A stretch of DNA of 64,000 bases from an uncultured delta proteobacterium (GCA_963727625.1 CAVSHR010000005.1:192001-256000); one strand, 5' to 3'; positions 29,447 through 40,452 are shown, counted from the stretch's first letter. Numbers and translations are program-made. The notes: generated from the letters alone by a model not told the origin.

Positions 29447-29713
29447 ATGGGCGGCTTTCTTGGCGCTAAAGAAGTTCTCACCAGGGAACGGGTCAAACAA
29501 ATTTTTCGAGACAAGGAATATGCCTACCTCGAAGAAAAAGTTAACCTCCTCGAGGTCAGGGATGATTCACTCCTGTTAAAGATCTCCTTTCTGCTGGAAT
29601 ACAAGGGTCGGATGATTTCCATCGAGGAAAAGGAACCGATCGTGGTCCCATTCAAGGATTTCAAAGTGGAGGACTGGGGCGACGGGGTCCGAAAGGTCGG
29701 CGATATTACCTAG
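29447..29713 (+). CDS. Hypothetical protein (88 aa)
   Basis: Strong GAGGAGG RBS; co-oriented with the CBS genes; no motif recognised. Confidence 0.65.
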   Translation: MGGFLGAKEVLTRERVKQIFRDKEYAYLEEKVNLLEVRDDSLLLKISFLLEYKGRMISIEEKEPIVVPFKDFKVEDWGDGVRKVGDIT

Positions 29714-29789
29714 GCCCGAAACGCCCCGATGTTCGCTCGATTGAGCACCGTAGCCAGTCTCATTTAGCCGCCGAGGGCAACCGCCCACG

Positions 29790-30689
29790 CTAGCGGGCCG
29801 AGACCACCAGCACCGGATCGCCGGAATGTCGAACGACTTTTTCTGTGACGCTGCCCAGCACCCAACGCTTGACCCCGGAGCGCCCGTGCGTGCACATGGC
29901 GATGAGCGAGCGCGGCCGCTCGCGCGCGCAGCGGATAATCTCTTCAGCGCCAACTCCCTCGCGCAAGAGCGAGCTGACCTGTGGCAACCCTTGGGCTTTG
30001 AGCGCCGCAACTTGACCGTCGAGATAACACTGCGCATCGGTGCGGACGTGGTTCGTCAGTTCTTCATAATTCGGCAGATAATTTTCCCGCCCATAATAGG
30101 CTGACGCCGGCAATTCGAAGGCCCGGAGTAACAATACAGCCGCGTTGAACACCTTGGCCATTTCCATGACCGTCGGTAGCACCGACTCTGCCAGTGGCGA
30201 GCCGTCCAGGGGCACGATGATCGAATGCAGGACCGCCTCGGCTCCCTCCTGAGCATCGTCGGCCCGCACCAAGAACAGCGGATTGTCGGCGCCGCGCAAG
30301 ACTTTCTCCGCAACGCTGCCTAACAACCAGCGATTGATTCCCGAACGGCCATGAGTGGCCATGGCGACCAGCGTCGCCGGCTGCGCCGCCGCTTTTTCAA
30401 GAATCACTTCGGCCGGTTTGCCCCGCTGCACCGAAGCGCTGACACTAAACCCGACCAAACCTCGCGCAATCTCATCTAAATATTGTCGGCTGGCGCGCTC
30501 CGCCTCCACGATGAAGCGATCGAGGAAACGGGCCTTGTCGCCGACCAGATGGGCGCTCATCGCCGAAATGTCGATCACTTCAAGAAGCTCGATCGGTAAC
30601 TTCAGCACCCCCGCCAGACTGCGCGTGTAGCACAGCACCTTCTCTGCCGCATCGGATCCGTCCAGGGACACGAGAATTTTGCTAAACAT
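29790..30689 (-). CDS. Universal stress protein (tandem USP domains)
   Basis: Two copies of I.V.LDGS and M.THGRSG..RW.LGSV.EKV. Confidence 0.93.
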   Translation of the reverse strand: MFSKILVSLDGSDAAEKVLCYTRSLAGVLKLPIELLEVIDISAMSAHLVGDKARFLDRFIVEAERASRQYLDEIARGLVGFSVSASVQRGKPAEVILEKAAAQPATLVAMATHGRSGINRWLLGSVAEKVLRGADNPLFLVRADDAQEGAEAVLHSIIVPLDGSPLAESVLPTVMEMAKVFNAAVLLLRAFELPASAYYGRENYLPNYEELTNHVRTDAQCYLDGQVAALKAQGLPQVSSLLREGVGAEEIIRCARERPRSLIAMCTHGRSGVKRWVLGSVTEKVVRHSGDPVLVVSAR

Positions 30690-30850
30690 CGGTTTCCCCT
30701 TTCCCGAGAGTCACCGCCCAATAGGATGATCACAGCGTCCGGCTATCTGTTACTCTAATTCGCGACCAGCGCGCAACCGGCACCTAGCCGGGCGGCTGCT
30801 ACAGCTTCTTTGTTTTGTGCAACCGATGAAAGTGCGCTGTTTGCTCGGCG

Positions 30851-32422
30851 TTAGGCGGACGCTAGGCGCGCGCGCAGAAATGTTTCGCTATCGTCAATCA
30901 ACTGCTCCAAAGGCGCTTCGGTCCGAAGCTCGATCAGCGAGGACGGCGGCAGTTCATGGATGGGTTCGTACGAGGCTTTCTGCGCGACGTAGACTTCCCA
31001 ACCCGCGTCCGAAATATCGTTTCCTTGCGCTGCTCGTAAAGAGACGCGGTTTTCGGTCGTTACCTCCGACGCCGAACAGTGCACGACGATGAGGGGAATC
31101 TTGTATTTCTTGGCGAGCGCGGCGAATTTACCGCGATGGCCGCGCCGGGCAAAGGTCGCATCGACGATGACGCCCTCGCCCTTGAGGAGTTTATCCTCGG
31201 CCAGGCACGCCATAGCCGCATAGGTTTTTTCCGTCATCGCCGGGCTATAAATGCCTTGACGATATCCGACCGCGTGGCGACCCGGCTGGTGCGCGATTTC
31301 TTTGCGCACGATATCCGAATTGATCACGGTCATGCCCAGGCGTTCGCCCATCGGCCGGGCAAAGGTCGACTTGCCGCTGCCGGTCAAACCGCACACCAGC
31401 AAGAGAAACGGTTTGAACGGCTCCCAGGTCATGCGCTGGGCGTAGCGGAAGTAGCGGGCAGATTCATCGTTCCAGCGGCCTAAGCGGAGCGCGTTCACCT
31501 TGGCCCGCACCATCGCCCGATAACACTGGAAATAAGGCAGCAACGGCATCATCTCGGCGTCCTTGATACGCTTGCGATAGCGCGCGATGAATGGGCCAAG
31601 GAGCGACTCGCCGCCCCGGCTGGCCACATCCATCATTAGAAAGGCAATTTCCGAGGCGAGATCACAACAGCGCAACTTGGCGCTGAACTCGATGCAATCG
31701 AAGATCTGAATCCCTTCCGGCGCAAAGCAGATATGCTCGGCGTGGAGATCGCCGTGAACATCGCGAATCCACCCCTCGGTGACGCGGCGTGCCAACAGGT
31801 CATGATTGTTTTTGAGAAAATCTGCGCCGAATGCATCGATCGTTTCGAGCGCCCGACGGTCCGCATGAGCTGTCAATAACGATGTCATCTCTGCCAGGTT
31901 ATCGCTCCACCGCGCGTGCAGCGCCGCCAGATAGTCGTCCGCGGCGATGCCCCGGTTAGCTTCCGCCGCCGCATGGAAGTCGGCGAGATGGTCCGCCAGT
32001 TGTTCCATCATTGACGGGGTCACTTGCTGGGTTTGCAGCAGGAACTTGAGCACTCGCTTCTCGGGCAGACGGCGCATCACGAGAGTGTATTCGGCGGGCT
32101 CGCTCCATCCGCCCAGCCGCCAGCCGCTTTCGTCGAAGCAGATCGGCATCACGGCCAAATAGACCGACGGCGCCAGACGGCGGTTTAGCCGCAGTTCCTC
32201 TTGCAGAAAATGCCGCCGCCGCGCCAGGGTCGAAAAATCGAGAAACGAATAGCGCACCGGCTTTTTTATTTTGTAAACCAAATCACCGACCAGAAAGACA
32301 TGGGAGATATGGGTTTCCTGATGAACCACTTCATCCGCCGGCCTGGGATAGAAGACAGGCCTCAGCATCGCTGCTACGAGCTCATCCTGCGACTGTAAAC
32401 CCGTGAGATTGCCGTTTGTCAC
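30851..32422 (-). CDS. Aminoglycoside-phosphotransferase-like + P-loop kinase fusion (Rv2004c-like)
   Basis: ETHIS.VFL, YKIKKPV, ELRLNRRLAP, HGDLH, FDCIEF, GLTGSGKST; start uncertain (32422 or 32446; ORF track 32557 overlaps a promoter). Confidence 0.88.
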   Translation of the reverse strand: MTNGNLTGLQSQDELVAAMLRPVFYPRPADEVVHQETHISHVFLVGDLVYKIKKPVRYSFLDFSTLARRRHFLQEELRLNRRLAPSVYLAVMPICFDESGWRLGGWSEPAEYTLVMRRLPEKRVLKFLLQTQQVTPSMMEQLADHLADFHAAAEANRGIAADDYLAALHARWSDNLAEMTSLLTAHADRRALETIDAFGADFLKNNHDLLARRVTEGWIRDVHGDLHAEHICFAPEGIQIFDCIEFSAKLRCCDLASEIAFLMMDVASRGGESLLGPFIARYRKRIKDAEMMPLLPYFQCYRAMVRAKVNALRLGRWNDESARYFRYAQRMTWEPFKPFLLLVCGLTGSGKSTFARPMGERLGMTVINSDIVRKEIAHQPGRHAVGYRQGIYSPAMTEKTYAAMACLAEDKLLKGEGVIVDATFARRGHRGKFAALAKKYKIPLIVVHCSASEVTTENRVSLRAAQGNDISDAGWEVYVAQKASYEPIHELPPSSLIELRTEAPLEQLIDDSETFLRARLASA

Positions 32423-32461
32423 GTGAACGCTCTGCAATAGGGGCATCCTCTTGTCCACCCC

Positions 32462-32476
32462 GCAATAACAATGCCA
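32462..32476 (-). promoter_or_regulatory. Sigma-54 promoter upstream of the kinase gene
   Basis: TGGCAT-TGTTA-TTGC. Confidence 0.7.
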
Positions 32477-32727
32477 TGCTGAAAAATCACCACAAAATTG
32501 CAGCGGCATTCCCACACCCTGGAAAAAACCCTTCTCCGAGTTGCACAAAATAGACACCCAGGTGAAACCGGCGCGGGGGGACCAGTTAAAGCTACGGCGC
32601 GGCAGGCGCGAAAATTAGCTCAACGAGCCGGGATCAATCCCGGACGAAACGTTGGGTAAACCCGCAGGGGGGATCGTAATGGGCTTGGAGGCGGTGAACT
32701 CCCACCGCGGAATTCGGTACGGCAGGC

Positions 32728-33672
32728 CTAGGTAATTTCCAGTTCTTCGATCTTTCGGTAGAGCGACGACAAGCTGATGTCTAAAAGTTTCGCCGCTTCT
32801 TTGCGGTCCTGCCCTGTCTGTTCGAGGGCGCGCAGAATATGCTGCTTTTCAAAGCACCGTAGCGCTTCCTTGAGGTTGAATGTGAACGCGGGGACTCCCT
32901 GGCTTCCGGCAATCACCGACTGGGGCAAATCTTTGAGCGTGATTCGTTCGTCCTCGGCGAGAATCATCGTGTGCTCGATGACATTGTCGAGCTCGCGCAC
33001 ATTGCCCTTCCACGGCAGCGTCATCAACACACGCACCGCGTCCTCGTCGATGCCGGTACAGTTCTTGTTTAGCTCGGGATTATGGCGCTTGATGAAATGC
33101 TCGACCATCAGCGGGATATCCTCCGGCCGATCTTTTAGCGGCGGGATGTAGATCTCCATGATGTTGAGACGGTAAAAGAGGTCCTCGCGAAAGCGCCCGG
33201 CTTCGACTTCTTTTTTTAGATTGCGATTGGTCGCCGCGAGCACCCGAACGTCGACATGGCGCGGCGCCGTGCTGCCGATGGGCATGATATCCTTGGCTTC
33301 CAAAGCGCGCAGCAGTTTGACTTGCAGGTGCTGCGGAATTTCGCCGATCTCATCGAGGAAAATCGTTCCGCCGTGGGCTTTCTCGAACAGACCTTCCTGG
33401 TTCGCGAACGCCCCGGTGAAAGAACCCTTCATGTGGCCGAACAGGAGGCTTTCCAGCAGAGTCTCGGGCAACGCGCCACAGTTGACCGGCAGGAACAGCT
33501 TGTCCTTGCGGTCGCTGTGCGCGTGCAGCGCCAAGGCGATCAGCTCCTTGCCCGTGCCGCTGTCTCCGGTGATCAGCACCGTAGCTTGAGTGTTGGCAAC
33601 CTTTTTAACCAATTCCAAGACGTCTTTGATTGCCTTGCTCTTGCCGATGATGTTGTCGAAGTGAAATTCCAT
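32728..33672 (-). CDS. Sigma-54 enhancer-binding protein (AAA+ and Fis HTH) lacking an N-terminal sensory domain
   Basis: GDSGTGKE, ESLLFGHMKGSFTGA, LDEIGE, FREDLFYRL, WKGNVREL, C-terminal HTH; AAA domain starts within ~10-30 aa of the N-terminus (ORF track start 33732). Confidence 0.92.
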   Translation of the reverse strand: MEFHFDNIIGKSKAIKDVLELVKKVANTQATVLITGDSGTGKELIALALHAHSDRKDKLFLPVNCGALPETLLESLLFGHMKGSFTGAFANQEGLFEKAHGGTIFLDEIGEIPQHLQVKLLRALEAKDIMPIGSTAPRHVDVRVLAATNRNLKKEVEAGRFREDLFYRLNIMEIYIPPLKDRPEDIPLMVEHFIKRHNPELNKNCTGIDEDAVRVLMTLPWKGNVRELDNVIEHTMILAEDERITLKDLPQSVIAGSQGVPAFTFNLKEALRCFEKQHILRALEQTGQDRKEAAKLLDISLSSLYRKIEELEIT

Positions 33673-33799
33673 GCTGTCAAAATTCCAAGAACCCACGATG
33701 GCGACGCGTCCGGAGCCTAACATCGCTGTCATATTGGGATTTCGGCAAGATAAAAAGGAATTGCCAGAGTGTCAATAATTGAAATGTTGGGTGTTAGCT

Positions 33800-34303
33800 T
33801 CAGAGTCGTTCCGCGGCTTGACGCAGCTCGGGATTGGAACAAAACTGGCGCAGCGCGGCTTTGAGCTTTTGCCGCTGCACGCTCGCCGGCACACCCAGAT
33901 TCTCCATGGTCTTGCCGACCTGGGGCCCGCCCAACTGCAGCAACTTGCCGTAGATCACGTCGATTTCCGAGCTTTCGATTTCCAGCGCAATCTTAAAAGC
34001 GTCTTCGACATCGAGCGCGGGAGTTCCCTGAGCGAGATAGCGTTGTAATCGACCGCTGAGATCCTCGGCCGTTTCGCGACTGATCATAGGATCCACCACC
34101 TCGTCCTCGTAATTGGCAATCATTGCCCGACAAGCCGCCAGGATACTGGCGTGCTGCTCTTCCTCCCGCCCCATCTCCCACCAGAAATCACGCAGCTCGG
34201 GCCGGGTTAGAAACAGATGCGAGAAACGAAAATAGATTTTAGCAACCAGCCGTTCGATCTCTGCAAAACCGATCAGGGGATCGAACGGCTCCGGCGCTAT
34301 CAT
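33800..34303 (-). CDS. Ferritin-like/rubrerythrin-fold protein
   Basis: EIE..VAKIY, EEEQHA, ALEIESSE. Confidence 0.75.
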   Translation of the reverse strand: MIAPEPFDPLIGFAEIERLVAKIYFRFSHLFLTRPELRDFWWEMGREEEQHASILAACRAMIANYEDEVVDPMISRETAEDLSGRLQRYLAQGTPALDVEDAFKIALEIESSEIDVIYGKLLQLGGPQVGKTMENLGVPASVQRQKLKAALRQFCSNPELRQAAERL

Positions 34304-34806
34304 GTGTTTTTTAAATTCTCCTTGAGAAATTTCAGCAGCTCGACATGCTTTTTAGAATCCCGGATCATCGCGTCGATGAGAATCTTGAAAGCTCCATGAT
34401 AGTAGCCGCTGCTCTCTTTCATGAGGGCTTTGTATTCTCTTATCCCTTCCTTTTCAAGCCGGATAAATTCCTCGGTGGCCTCGCGCAGTTTGTCGTTGAC
34501 GCTGGCGAGATCGGCAGCGCCTTCGAGGGTGCCGGCCGGTTTCGTCCAGGTGAGACTGCCCTTCAACGTCGACACCATCGCATGCACCACCGCGCGATGC
34601 TTCTCCTCGTCGGAAATGATCATCTGCATCACAAAGCGGGTCATCGGATTGGGCAGATGGGGCAACGCGTTTTTGTAAAATTCAACCGAGCGATCTTCCT
34701 TGGACTCATGGGCTTCGAATGCGTTGAGCAGCTTCTCTACCGGCGAGATCCCTTCCGCAATGCTTGCGAGCCCGAGCAAATTGCTTACATCTGCGAATTC
34801 TTCCAT
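34300..34806 (-). CDS. Ferritin-like/rubrerythrin-fold protein
   Basis: HESKE..Y, DEEKH, LEKEG..Y, DSKKH four-helix diiron pattern. Confidence 0.78.
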   Translation of the reverse strand: MEEFADVSNLLGLASIAEGISPVEKLLNAFEAHESKEDRSVEFYKNALPHLPNPMTRFVMQMIISDEEKHRAVVHAMVSTLKGSLTWTKPAGTLEGAADLASVNDKLREATEEFIRLEKEGIREYKALMKESSGYYHGAFKILIDAMIRDSKKHVELLKFLKENLKNT

Positions 34807-35018
34807 GGCTTTTCTCCTTTTCTAGTCGTTAGATTACAGTCGGAATTTCTCCTCTCGAGCGAATTCGACAATCGTTGCCACCTAATCTCTTCGGGTCCGA
34901 TTTACCGGTAAAATGGGGAAACTCCTTTTCATCGTATTCCTGGACAAGGATTCGGTTATCGGTAGAACTTTCTTTGACCGGCTCCTTCTCCTATTTATAT
35001 TATTGCAACATAACGGCC

Positions 35019-35033
35019 GCAAAGTATATGCCA
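35019..35033 (-). promoter_or_regulatory. Sigma-54 promoter upstream of the ferritin-like pair/bEBP operon
   Basis: TGGCAT-ATACT-TTGC. Confidence 0.72.
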
Positions 35034-35181
35034 GAGGTAAGTAGGCCAAAAATAGACCAACATCCCCTGATGTCAAGATTGCTTTCTTAATCGTAGGAAC
35101 TCTTCCAGTCAATTTTCGCAGGGTTGCAAAGAAATCCACCACGATTTGGTATTTTACCTAGAACATCGTGGATCTTTGCTC

Positions 35182-35196
35182 CGGCATGGAAATCGC
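35182..35196 (+). promoter_or_regulatory. Possible sigma-54 promoter upstream of pfp-gap-CBS
   Basis: CGGCAT-GGAAA-TCGC; GG-N10-GC spacing but a weaker match. Confidence 0.5.
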
Positions 35197-35246
35197 TCTA
35201 AAGTACCTTGGACCCAAGCAATCAAGAATTGTTAAGGATTGAAAAC

Positions 35247-36578
35247 ATGGCGGAGCAAAACGAAAAATTGACGAGCCGACGCGGAAGCAACGTCGGCATC
35301 TTGGTCGGCGGCGGCCCGGCCCCAGGAATCAACGGCGTGATAGGCGCGGTCACTCTGGAATCGAGGACTCGCGCTTATAAGGTGATCGGCATTGCCGATG
35401 GCTTCCAGTGGCTCATGGCCGGCGATACAAGCCATGCCAGGGAGCTCAATCACGACGATGTCTCGCGCATTCATTTTCTCGGCGGCTCGGTGATAAATAC
35501 GTCGCGCGCCAACCCCACTAAGCGAATCGAAGATCTCGAACGCGTGGTCGCAACCTTGGACCGCTTGGATATCGGTTATCTCGCGACCATCGGCGGCGAC
35601 GACACTATGTTCGCCGCCGCCCAAGTGGCCAAGCAGGCGAACGGCCGAATCCGCGTGTGCCATGTGCCCAAGACCATCGATAATGACCTGCCGCTGCCCG
35701 GCGAGATCCCGACATTCGGCTTCGAAACCGCGCGCCAGATCGGCAGCGCGCTGGTGCAAAACCTGATGGAAGATTCGCGCACCACCGGGCGCTGGTACTT
35801 CGTCGTCGTGATGGGACGCTCGGCTGGCCATTTGGCCCTCGGCATCGGCAAGGCCACGGGCGCAACGCTGACGCTGATCCCCGAAGAATTTCCCGGTCCG
35901 ATTCGCATGGCCACCGTGTGCGATATCCTCGAAGGGGCGATCCTCAAACGCCAGGCGCTGTGGAACCGCTGCGACGGTGTTGCCGTAATCGCTGAAGGCT
36001 TGCTAGAGCACATGGCTGCGGAAGAACTGAGCGGCATCGAGGGTGTGCGCATCGCCCATGACAGCTACGGCCATTTGCGCCTGGCCGAAGTAGATCTCGC
36101 CTATATTTTAAAGACCCTCGTCGAACACCGCTTCGCCGGCCGGGGGGCGCCGATTGCTATCGTCCACAAAAACATCGGCTACGAGCTGCGCTGCGCCGCG
36201 CCCATCGCCTTCGACTGCGAGTATGTCCGCACCCTTGGTTACGGCGCGGTCGAGTTTTTGCTCAACCCACCCGCCGCGGCGCAAGCGCTGAACGGCGCGC
36301 TGGTTGCCCTGGTAAACGGCAAGCTCGACTATCTCGATTTTGCCAGCCTTCGAGACACCGAGACCGGCAAGACACGAGTGCGCAAGGTCGATATCGACAC
36401 GCCGTCCTACAAAGTCGCCCGCGAATACATGATTCGATTGGAACGAGAGGACTTTGCCGATCCGGAAAAGCTCCGGTTGCTCGCCCAAGCCGCATCTTCG
36501 GATAAAGCGCTCTGTTCGCCTGAACAATTTCGCGACCGCTATCAATATTTGGCCGCAGAAATTCGCGGCGGTCCATAA
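35247..36578 (+). CDS. pfp: Pyrophosphate-dependent phosphofructokinase
   Basis: [14 protein letters not shown] (Asp = PPi type), PKTIDND, MGR, GYELR. Confidence 0.92.
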   Translation: MAEQNEKLTSRRGSNVGILVGGGPAPGINGVIGAVTLESRTRAYKVIGIADGFQWLMAGDTSHARELNHDDVSRIHFLGGSVINTSRANPTKRIEDLERVVATLDRLDIGYLATIGGDDTMFAAAQVAKQANGRIRVCHVPKTIDNDLPLPGEIPTFGFETARQIGSALVQNLMEDSRTTGRWYFVVVMGRSAGHLALGIGKATGATLTLIPEEFPGPIRMATVCDILEGAILKRQALWNRCDGVAVIAEGLLEHMAAEELSGIEGVRIAHDSYGHLRLAEVDLAYILKTLVEHRFAGRGAPIAIVHKNIGYELRCAAPIAFDCEYVRTLGYGAVEFLLNPPAAAQALNGALVALVNGKLDYLDFASLRDTETGKTRVRKVDIDTPSYKVAREYMIRLEREDFADPEKLRLLAQAASSDKALCSPEQFRDRYQYLAAEIRGGP

Positions 36579-36594
36579 TTTAAAAGGAGAACGC

Positions 36595-37608
36595 ATGCCA
36601 ACCAGAATCGCCATCAATGGATTCGGCCGCATCGGCCGCCTGGTCCTGCGCACGATGATCGAGCGCCACAAGAAAGACTTCAGCGTCGTTGCCGTCAACG
36701 ACATGGCTGACTTAAAAACCAACGTGCACCTGTTTCGCTACGATTCCACTTACGGGATTTTCCCCGGTCAAGTCAGTGCCGGCGAAGGCGTTATGCGGAT
36801 CGATGGCAAAAACGTTACGGTTTTGAATCAAAAAGATCCAACCCGCTTGCCGTGGAGGGACCTCGCCGTCGACATCGTCATCGAATCCACCGGCGTGTTC
36901 ACCGACGGCGCCCAGGTGCGCGCCCATCTGGAAGCGGGCGCCAAGAGAGCGATCATCACTGCGCCGGCGACCAACGAAGACATCACGCTGGTCCTCGGCG
37001 TCAACGATTCCGCCTACGACCCGCGCAAGCATCACGTCGTCTCCAACGCCTCCTGCACCACCAACTGCTTGGCCCCGGTGGCCAAAGTGCTGCAAGATCA
37101 ATTCGGCGTCGAACGCGGCTTGATGACGACGATCCACTCTTACACCAACGATCAAAGGATTCTCGACCTGATGCATAAAGACCTGCGGCGAGCACGCGCC
37201 GCGGCGATGAACATCGTGCCAACCAGCACCGGCGCAGCCAAGGCCATCGGCCTGGTCATGCCGGAATTGAAGGGCAAACTGCACGGTATCTCGCTCCGAG
37301 TTCCGACTTCGACGGTCTCAGTCGTCGATCTGGTGGTCGATCTTAAAAAGAGCGCCAGCGTCGAGGCGATCAACGCGGCGCTGAAAAAATACGCTGACGG
37401 AAAAATGAACGGCATTCTTAGCTATTGCGACGAGCCCTTGGTTTCCAGCGATTTTCGTGGTAATCCCGCTTCCTCGACCGTTGACGGCCTATCGACCGTG
37501 GTGCTCGAAGGCAAAATGGCCAAAGTGCTTTCTTGGTACGATAACGAATGGGGCTACAGTTGCCGCGTCGGCGACCTCGCTAAACTGATGGTGGAAAAAG
37601 GACTGTAG
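36595..37608 (+). CDS. gap: Type I glyceraldehyde-3-phosphate dehydrogenase
   Basis: [26 protein letters not shown]; RBS AAGGAG before MPTR. Confidence 0.97.
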   Translation: MPTRIAINGFGRIGRLVLRTMIERHKKDFSVVAVNDMADLKTNVHLFRYDSTYGIFPGQVSAGEGVMRIDGKNVTVLNQKDPTRLPWRDLAVDIVIESTGVFTDGAQVRAHLEAGAKRAIITAPATNEDITLVLGVNDSAYDPRKHHVVSNASCTTNCLAPVAKVLQDQFGVERGLMTTIHSYTNDQRILDLMHKDLRRARAAAMNIVPTSTGAAKAIGLVMPELKGKLHGISLRVPTSTVSVVDLVVDLKKSASVEAINAALKKYADGKMNGILSYCDEPLVSSDFRGNPASSTVDGLSTVVLEGKMAKVLSWYDNEWGYSCRVGDLAKLMVEKGL

Positions 37609-37621
37609 GAGGAAACAATCC

Positions 37622-38011
37622 ATGATTGCCAAGCATATCATGACCAAGGACATCATCACGGTCAGTCCGACCATGACGATAAAAACTCTCGCCATGACGC
37701 TGATCAAAAATCAGATCAGCGGGGCCCCGGTCGCCGGAAAGAACGGCAAGATCATCGGCGTGGTCTCGGAAGCGGATATCGTTGCCAAAAAAGGCAAAGC
37801 CGTCAAATCCATCATGAGCAAAAAGATCATTAGCGTCGCCGAAGAGACCTCTGTCGAAGAGATCGCCGAGCTCATGACCACGCATAACATCAAACGCGTT
37901 CCGGTGATGCGCGGCGAGGAAGTGGTCGGCATCGTCAGTCGCGCCGATATCGTCAGCGCCATCGCCCGCGGCGAACATGTCGCGATCCATACGCCGGTTT
38001 ACGATCTATAA
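37622..38011 (+). CDS. CBS-pair protein
   Basis: ISGAPV, GVVSEAD, IKRVPV, GIVSRAD. Confidence 0.9.
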   Translation: MIAKHIMTKDIITVSPTMTIKTLAMTLIKNQISGAPVAGKNGKIIGVVSEADIVAKKGKAVKSIMSKKIISVAEETSVEEIAELMTTHNIKRVPVMRGEEVVGIVSRADIVSAIARGEHVAIHTPVYDL

Positions 38012-38248
38012 ATACCCCGCGCGCCTTGTTTTTGAGATCTCGCCTTTTCGCGCCCGGCCTGGTCGAAGACCCGGCTCGCATGTTTGTGAGTCCTAATTTC
38101 ATGTTAAACCTTCCCCATTCCATCGTTGAGCTTCGCCGTCCTCGTTCCTAAGCCTAAGAAGCACGAGGCCGATGTTTCCAAGCATTAGGAATTCCCCCAT
38201 CGCGCTTCCGATTAGCCTGTAAATTCCTTGGCGTTTTTAGCCTTTTGC

Positions 38249-38263
38249 TGGCATTTACTTTGC
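38249..38263 (+). promoter_or_regulatory. Sigma-54 promoter upstream of the BoxB-like gene
   Basis: TGGCAT-TTACT-TTGC. Confidence 0.72.
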
Positions 38264-38333
38264 GAAGCTATGGGCGCAAATGCGCTGCAATTTCGGCCGG
38301 CGCGAAATCATTCAGACTTAAACAGGAGGGTTC

Positions 38334-39443
38334 ATGGCAGAACGCATCGCGAACTTCGATGATTGGAAAGATTTGTTTTACAAATGGCAAAAGGACATCG
38401 GCTTCGACGCCTCGCTGGTGAAAGATTACAAGTTCGATTCGATTTATGATGAGGGGACCAGTCCAATCATCGAGTTCGGCGACTTCAAAGGACGCAAGAA
38501 ATTCGAAAAAGTTTTGGACGTGCCAACCCAGGACATGCGCGACGCGCTCCTGCATTTGATTTTCTATCAGGGCGACACCGAGTTCGGCTCATCCGAGCAA
38601 CAGCGCATGCTGATCGACAACGCGCCCACCGATTATGACCGCCAGTGCCTGTTGCGGGTGATGCGCGAAGAACAGCGCCATGGCTGGCAAATGTGCCATG
38701 TGCTGATTAACAACTTCGGCGATTCGGGAAAGTTGGAGGCGCAAAAGCTGCTCGAACGGCGCGCCTATAAAAACACCCGTCTGCTTGGCGCGTTCAATCG
38801 CAACGTCGATGACTTTATCGACTTCGTCACCTACACCTGTTTCATCGACCGTGACGGCAAATACCAACTCACCATGCTCCATCATTCGAGCTTCGCGCCG
38901 CTCTCGCGCAGCATGGGACCCATGCTTAAAGAAGAAGCGTTTCATCTGTTCACCGGCCAGACCGGCCTGTCGCGCATCATCAAGGCCGGAAAAGTTCCCA
39001 TCGAAATTGTCCAGAGATATCTAAACAAGTGGCTCTCCACCGGTTACGACTTGCTGGGCAAAGACCGCTCCGGCTCCGCGGCGCGTTTCTACCGCTGGGG
39101 CTTCAAAGGCAGATTCGACGAAGCCACCGCCAAGGAACCACCCAAGGATCTCGAACGGCTGAACGAGGAAGCCAGACTGCTTTACTACAAAGAAGACTGC
39201 GAGATCATCGATTCGTTCAATCGCTTGATCCCCGAAGGCAAACCGAAGCTGCGCGCGCCCGATCTGAAGTTCAACCGGCAGATCGGCGAGTACGCCGGCA
39301 AGCACTACAGCGTCGAGGGCAATCCCCTAACCGAGGGCGAATACCAAGCCCATCTCGACAAAGTGCTGCCCGGACCCAAAGACCGCAAGAGCCTCGAGCC
39401 GATTTTCAAGACCGGCGACTGGATGAGCCCAGGCGCAGCCTGA
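38334..39443 (+). CDS. BoxB/PaaA-like diiron oxygenase-fold protein
   Basis: QGDTEF.S.EQQR, EEQRH, DRDGKYQL, EEAFH diiron motifs as in benzoyl-CoA epoxidase BoxB; shorter than canonical BoxB. Confidence 0.82.
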   Translation: MAERIANFDDWKDLFYKWQKDIGFDASLVKDYKFDSIYDEGTSPIIEFGDFKGRKKFEKVLDVPTQDMRDALLHLIFYQGDTEFGSSEQQRMLIDNAPTDYDRQCLLRVMREEQRHGWQMCHVLINNFGDSGKLEAQKLLERRAYKNTRLLGAFNRNVDDFIDFVTYTCFIDRDGKYQLTMLHHSSFAPLSRSMGPMLKEEAFHLFTGQTGLSRIIKAGKVPIEIVQRYLNKWLSTGYDLLGKDRSGSAARFYRWGFKGRFDEATAKEPPKDLERLNEEARLLYYKEDCEIIDSFNRLIPEGKPKLRAPDLKFNRQIGEYAGKHYSVEGNPLTEGEYQAHLDKVLPGPKDRKSLEPIFKTGDWMSPGAA

Positions 39444-39472
39444 ACGGTGCTGCCAGGAAGCCTTCCATAAAA

Positions 39473-39630
39473 TGGCAAGCACTACCGGCTGCCGACCGCG
39501 GCCCAATGGGAATATGCCGCGCGCGCGGAAACTGAAACTGCCTACTGGTGGGGTAACGAGATGAAGCGAGGCTTAGCTAACTGTGTTGGCTACGGCACCC
39601 AGTGGGACAGAAAATAGACTGCGCCGGTAT
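39473..39630 (+). pseudogene. FGE-sulfatase (SUMF1) domain relic
   Basis: [18 protein letters not shown]....YWWGNE....ANC....QWDRK*TAPV; no start codon and an internal stop. Confidence 0.8.
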
Positions 39631-39764
39631 TTCAACCGAGCACTTTCAGTCCAACACGATTTATTCCCCTTGGCGATAATCCGGCGCTATCAAGCGACTT
39701 GTTTGCCTGCAAGCTTTGCGGGATAAAACACTAAACCTTGAGCATCTCTATCGTTAAAATGACC

Positions 39765-40167
39765 ATGAGCACGACGGTTTTCACCGAGATAGAGTTCTGG
39801 ATGTTGATCGTCTTTGCGGTTATATTCCCCTTCGCTATCGACAGATTACTTCTCGCGAAGAAAGCCATCTCTCGCAAGACAGTTCTAGCTTTCGGGCTCG
39901 CGCCTGTCGTGATTGCTGGAGTGGATTGATGTCTACCTCTTGCAAAGCTTGGCCGCCGCGGCAAAGGTCTCTCCATCTCTCGTGGATGATGCAGTCTTTT
40001 CATCCGAGTTATCCCTTGCGCTCTATCTGCTGCCCGCCATGTTCGGAGGCATTGGCATCAACGTTATTTCCCATATTCTTGTGCGGCATCTTGTTGAGGC
40101 CGAAAGCAGTATGAGCAGAAGCGTCGATATGCCTAACTTGTCGTTTGTGCGGAGTCTTGGGATCTGA
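39765..40167 (+). pseudogene. Frameshifted small membrane protein
   Basis: Hydrophobic ORF 39738-39929 ends VIAGVD and continues in another frame as VYLLQSLA..LYLLPAMFGGIGINVISH. Confidence 0.6.
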
Positions 40168-40452
40168 ACCCACAATCGCGACCTAATAGCGACGGCTGAG
40201 CTTTGCGTTAACCGTTACCGTTTTCCACAACCCACGACCCCCGAGATTCCGAAACTGAGCACCCAGCCCTACTTCGACGCGAAGCTTTGCCGGTTTCGCC
40301 CTTCGGTTTCACTGCTTCCCGCTTCGAAGATTGCGCGCCGCGTCACCGCCGCCAGGCTTGATGAAAATCTAAAAGTTGCGAATCCGGCGGCTGAGAATTC
40401 GCAATATTGAATGGCGCCGGGCGAATTCCCACGTGAACTTGGCAGGCGCCGC

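Noticed and set aside
32560-32727. GC-rich hairpins between the bEBP and kinase genes as an ncRNA
   Set aside because: No recognisable family motif; such stems are expected at this GC content
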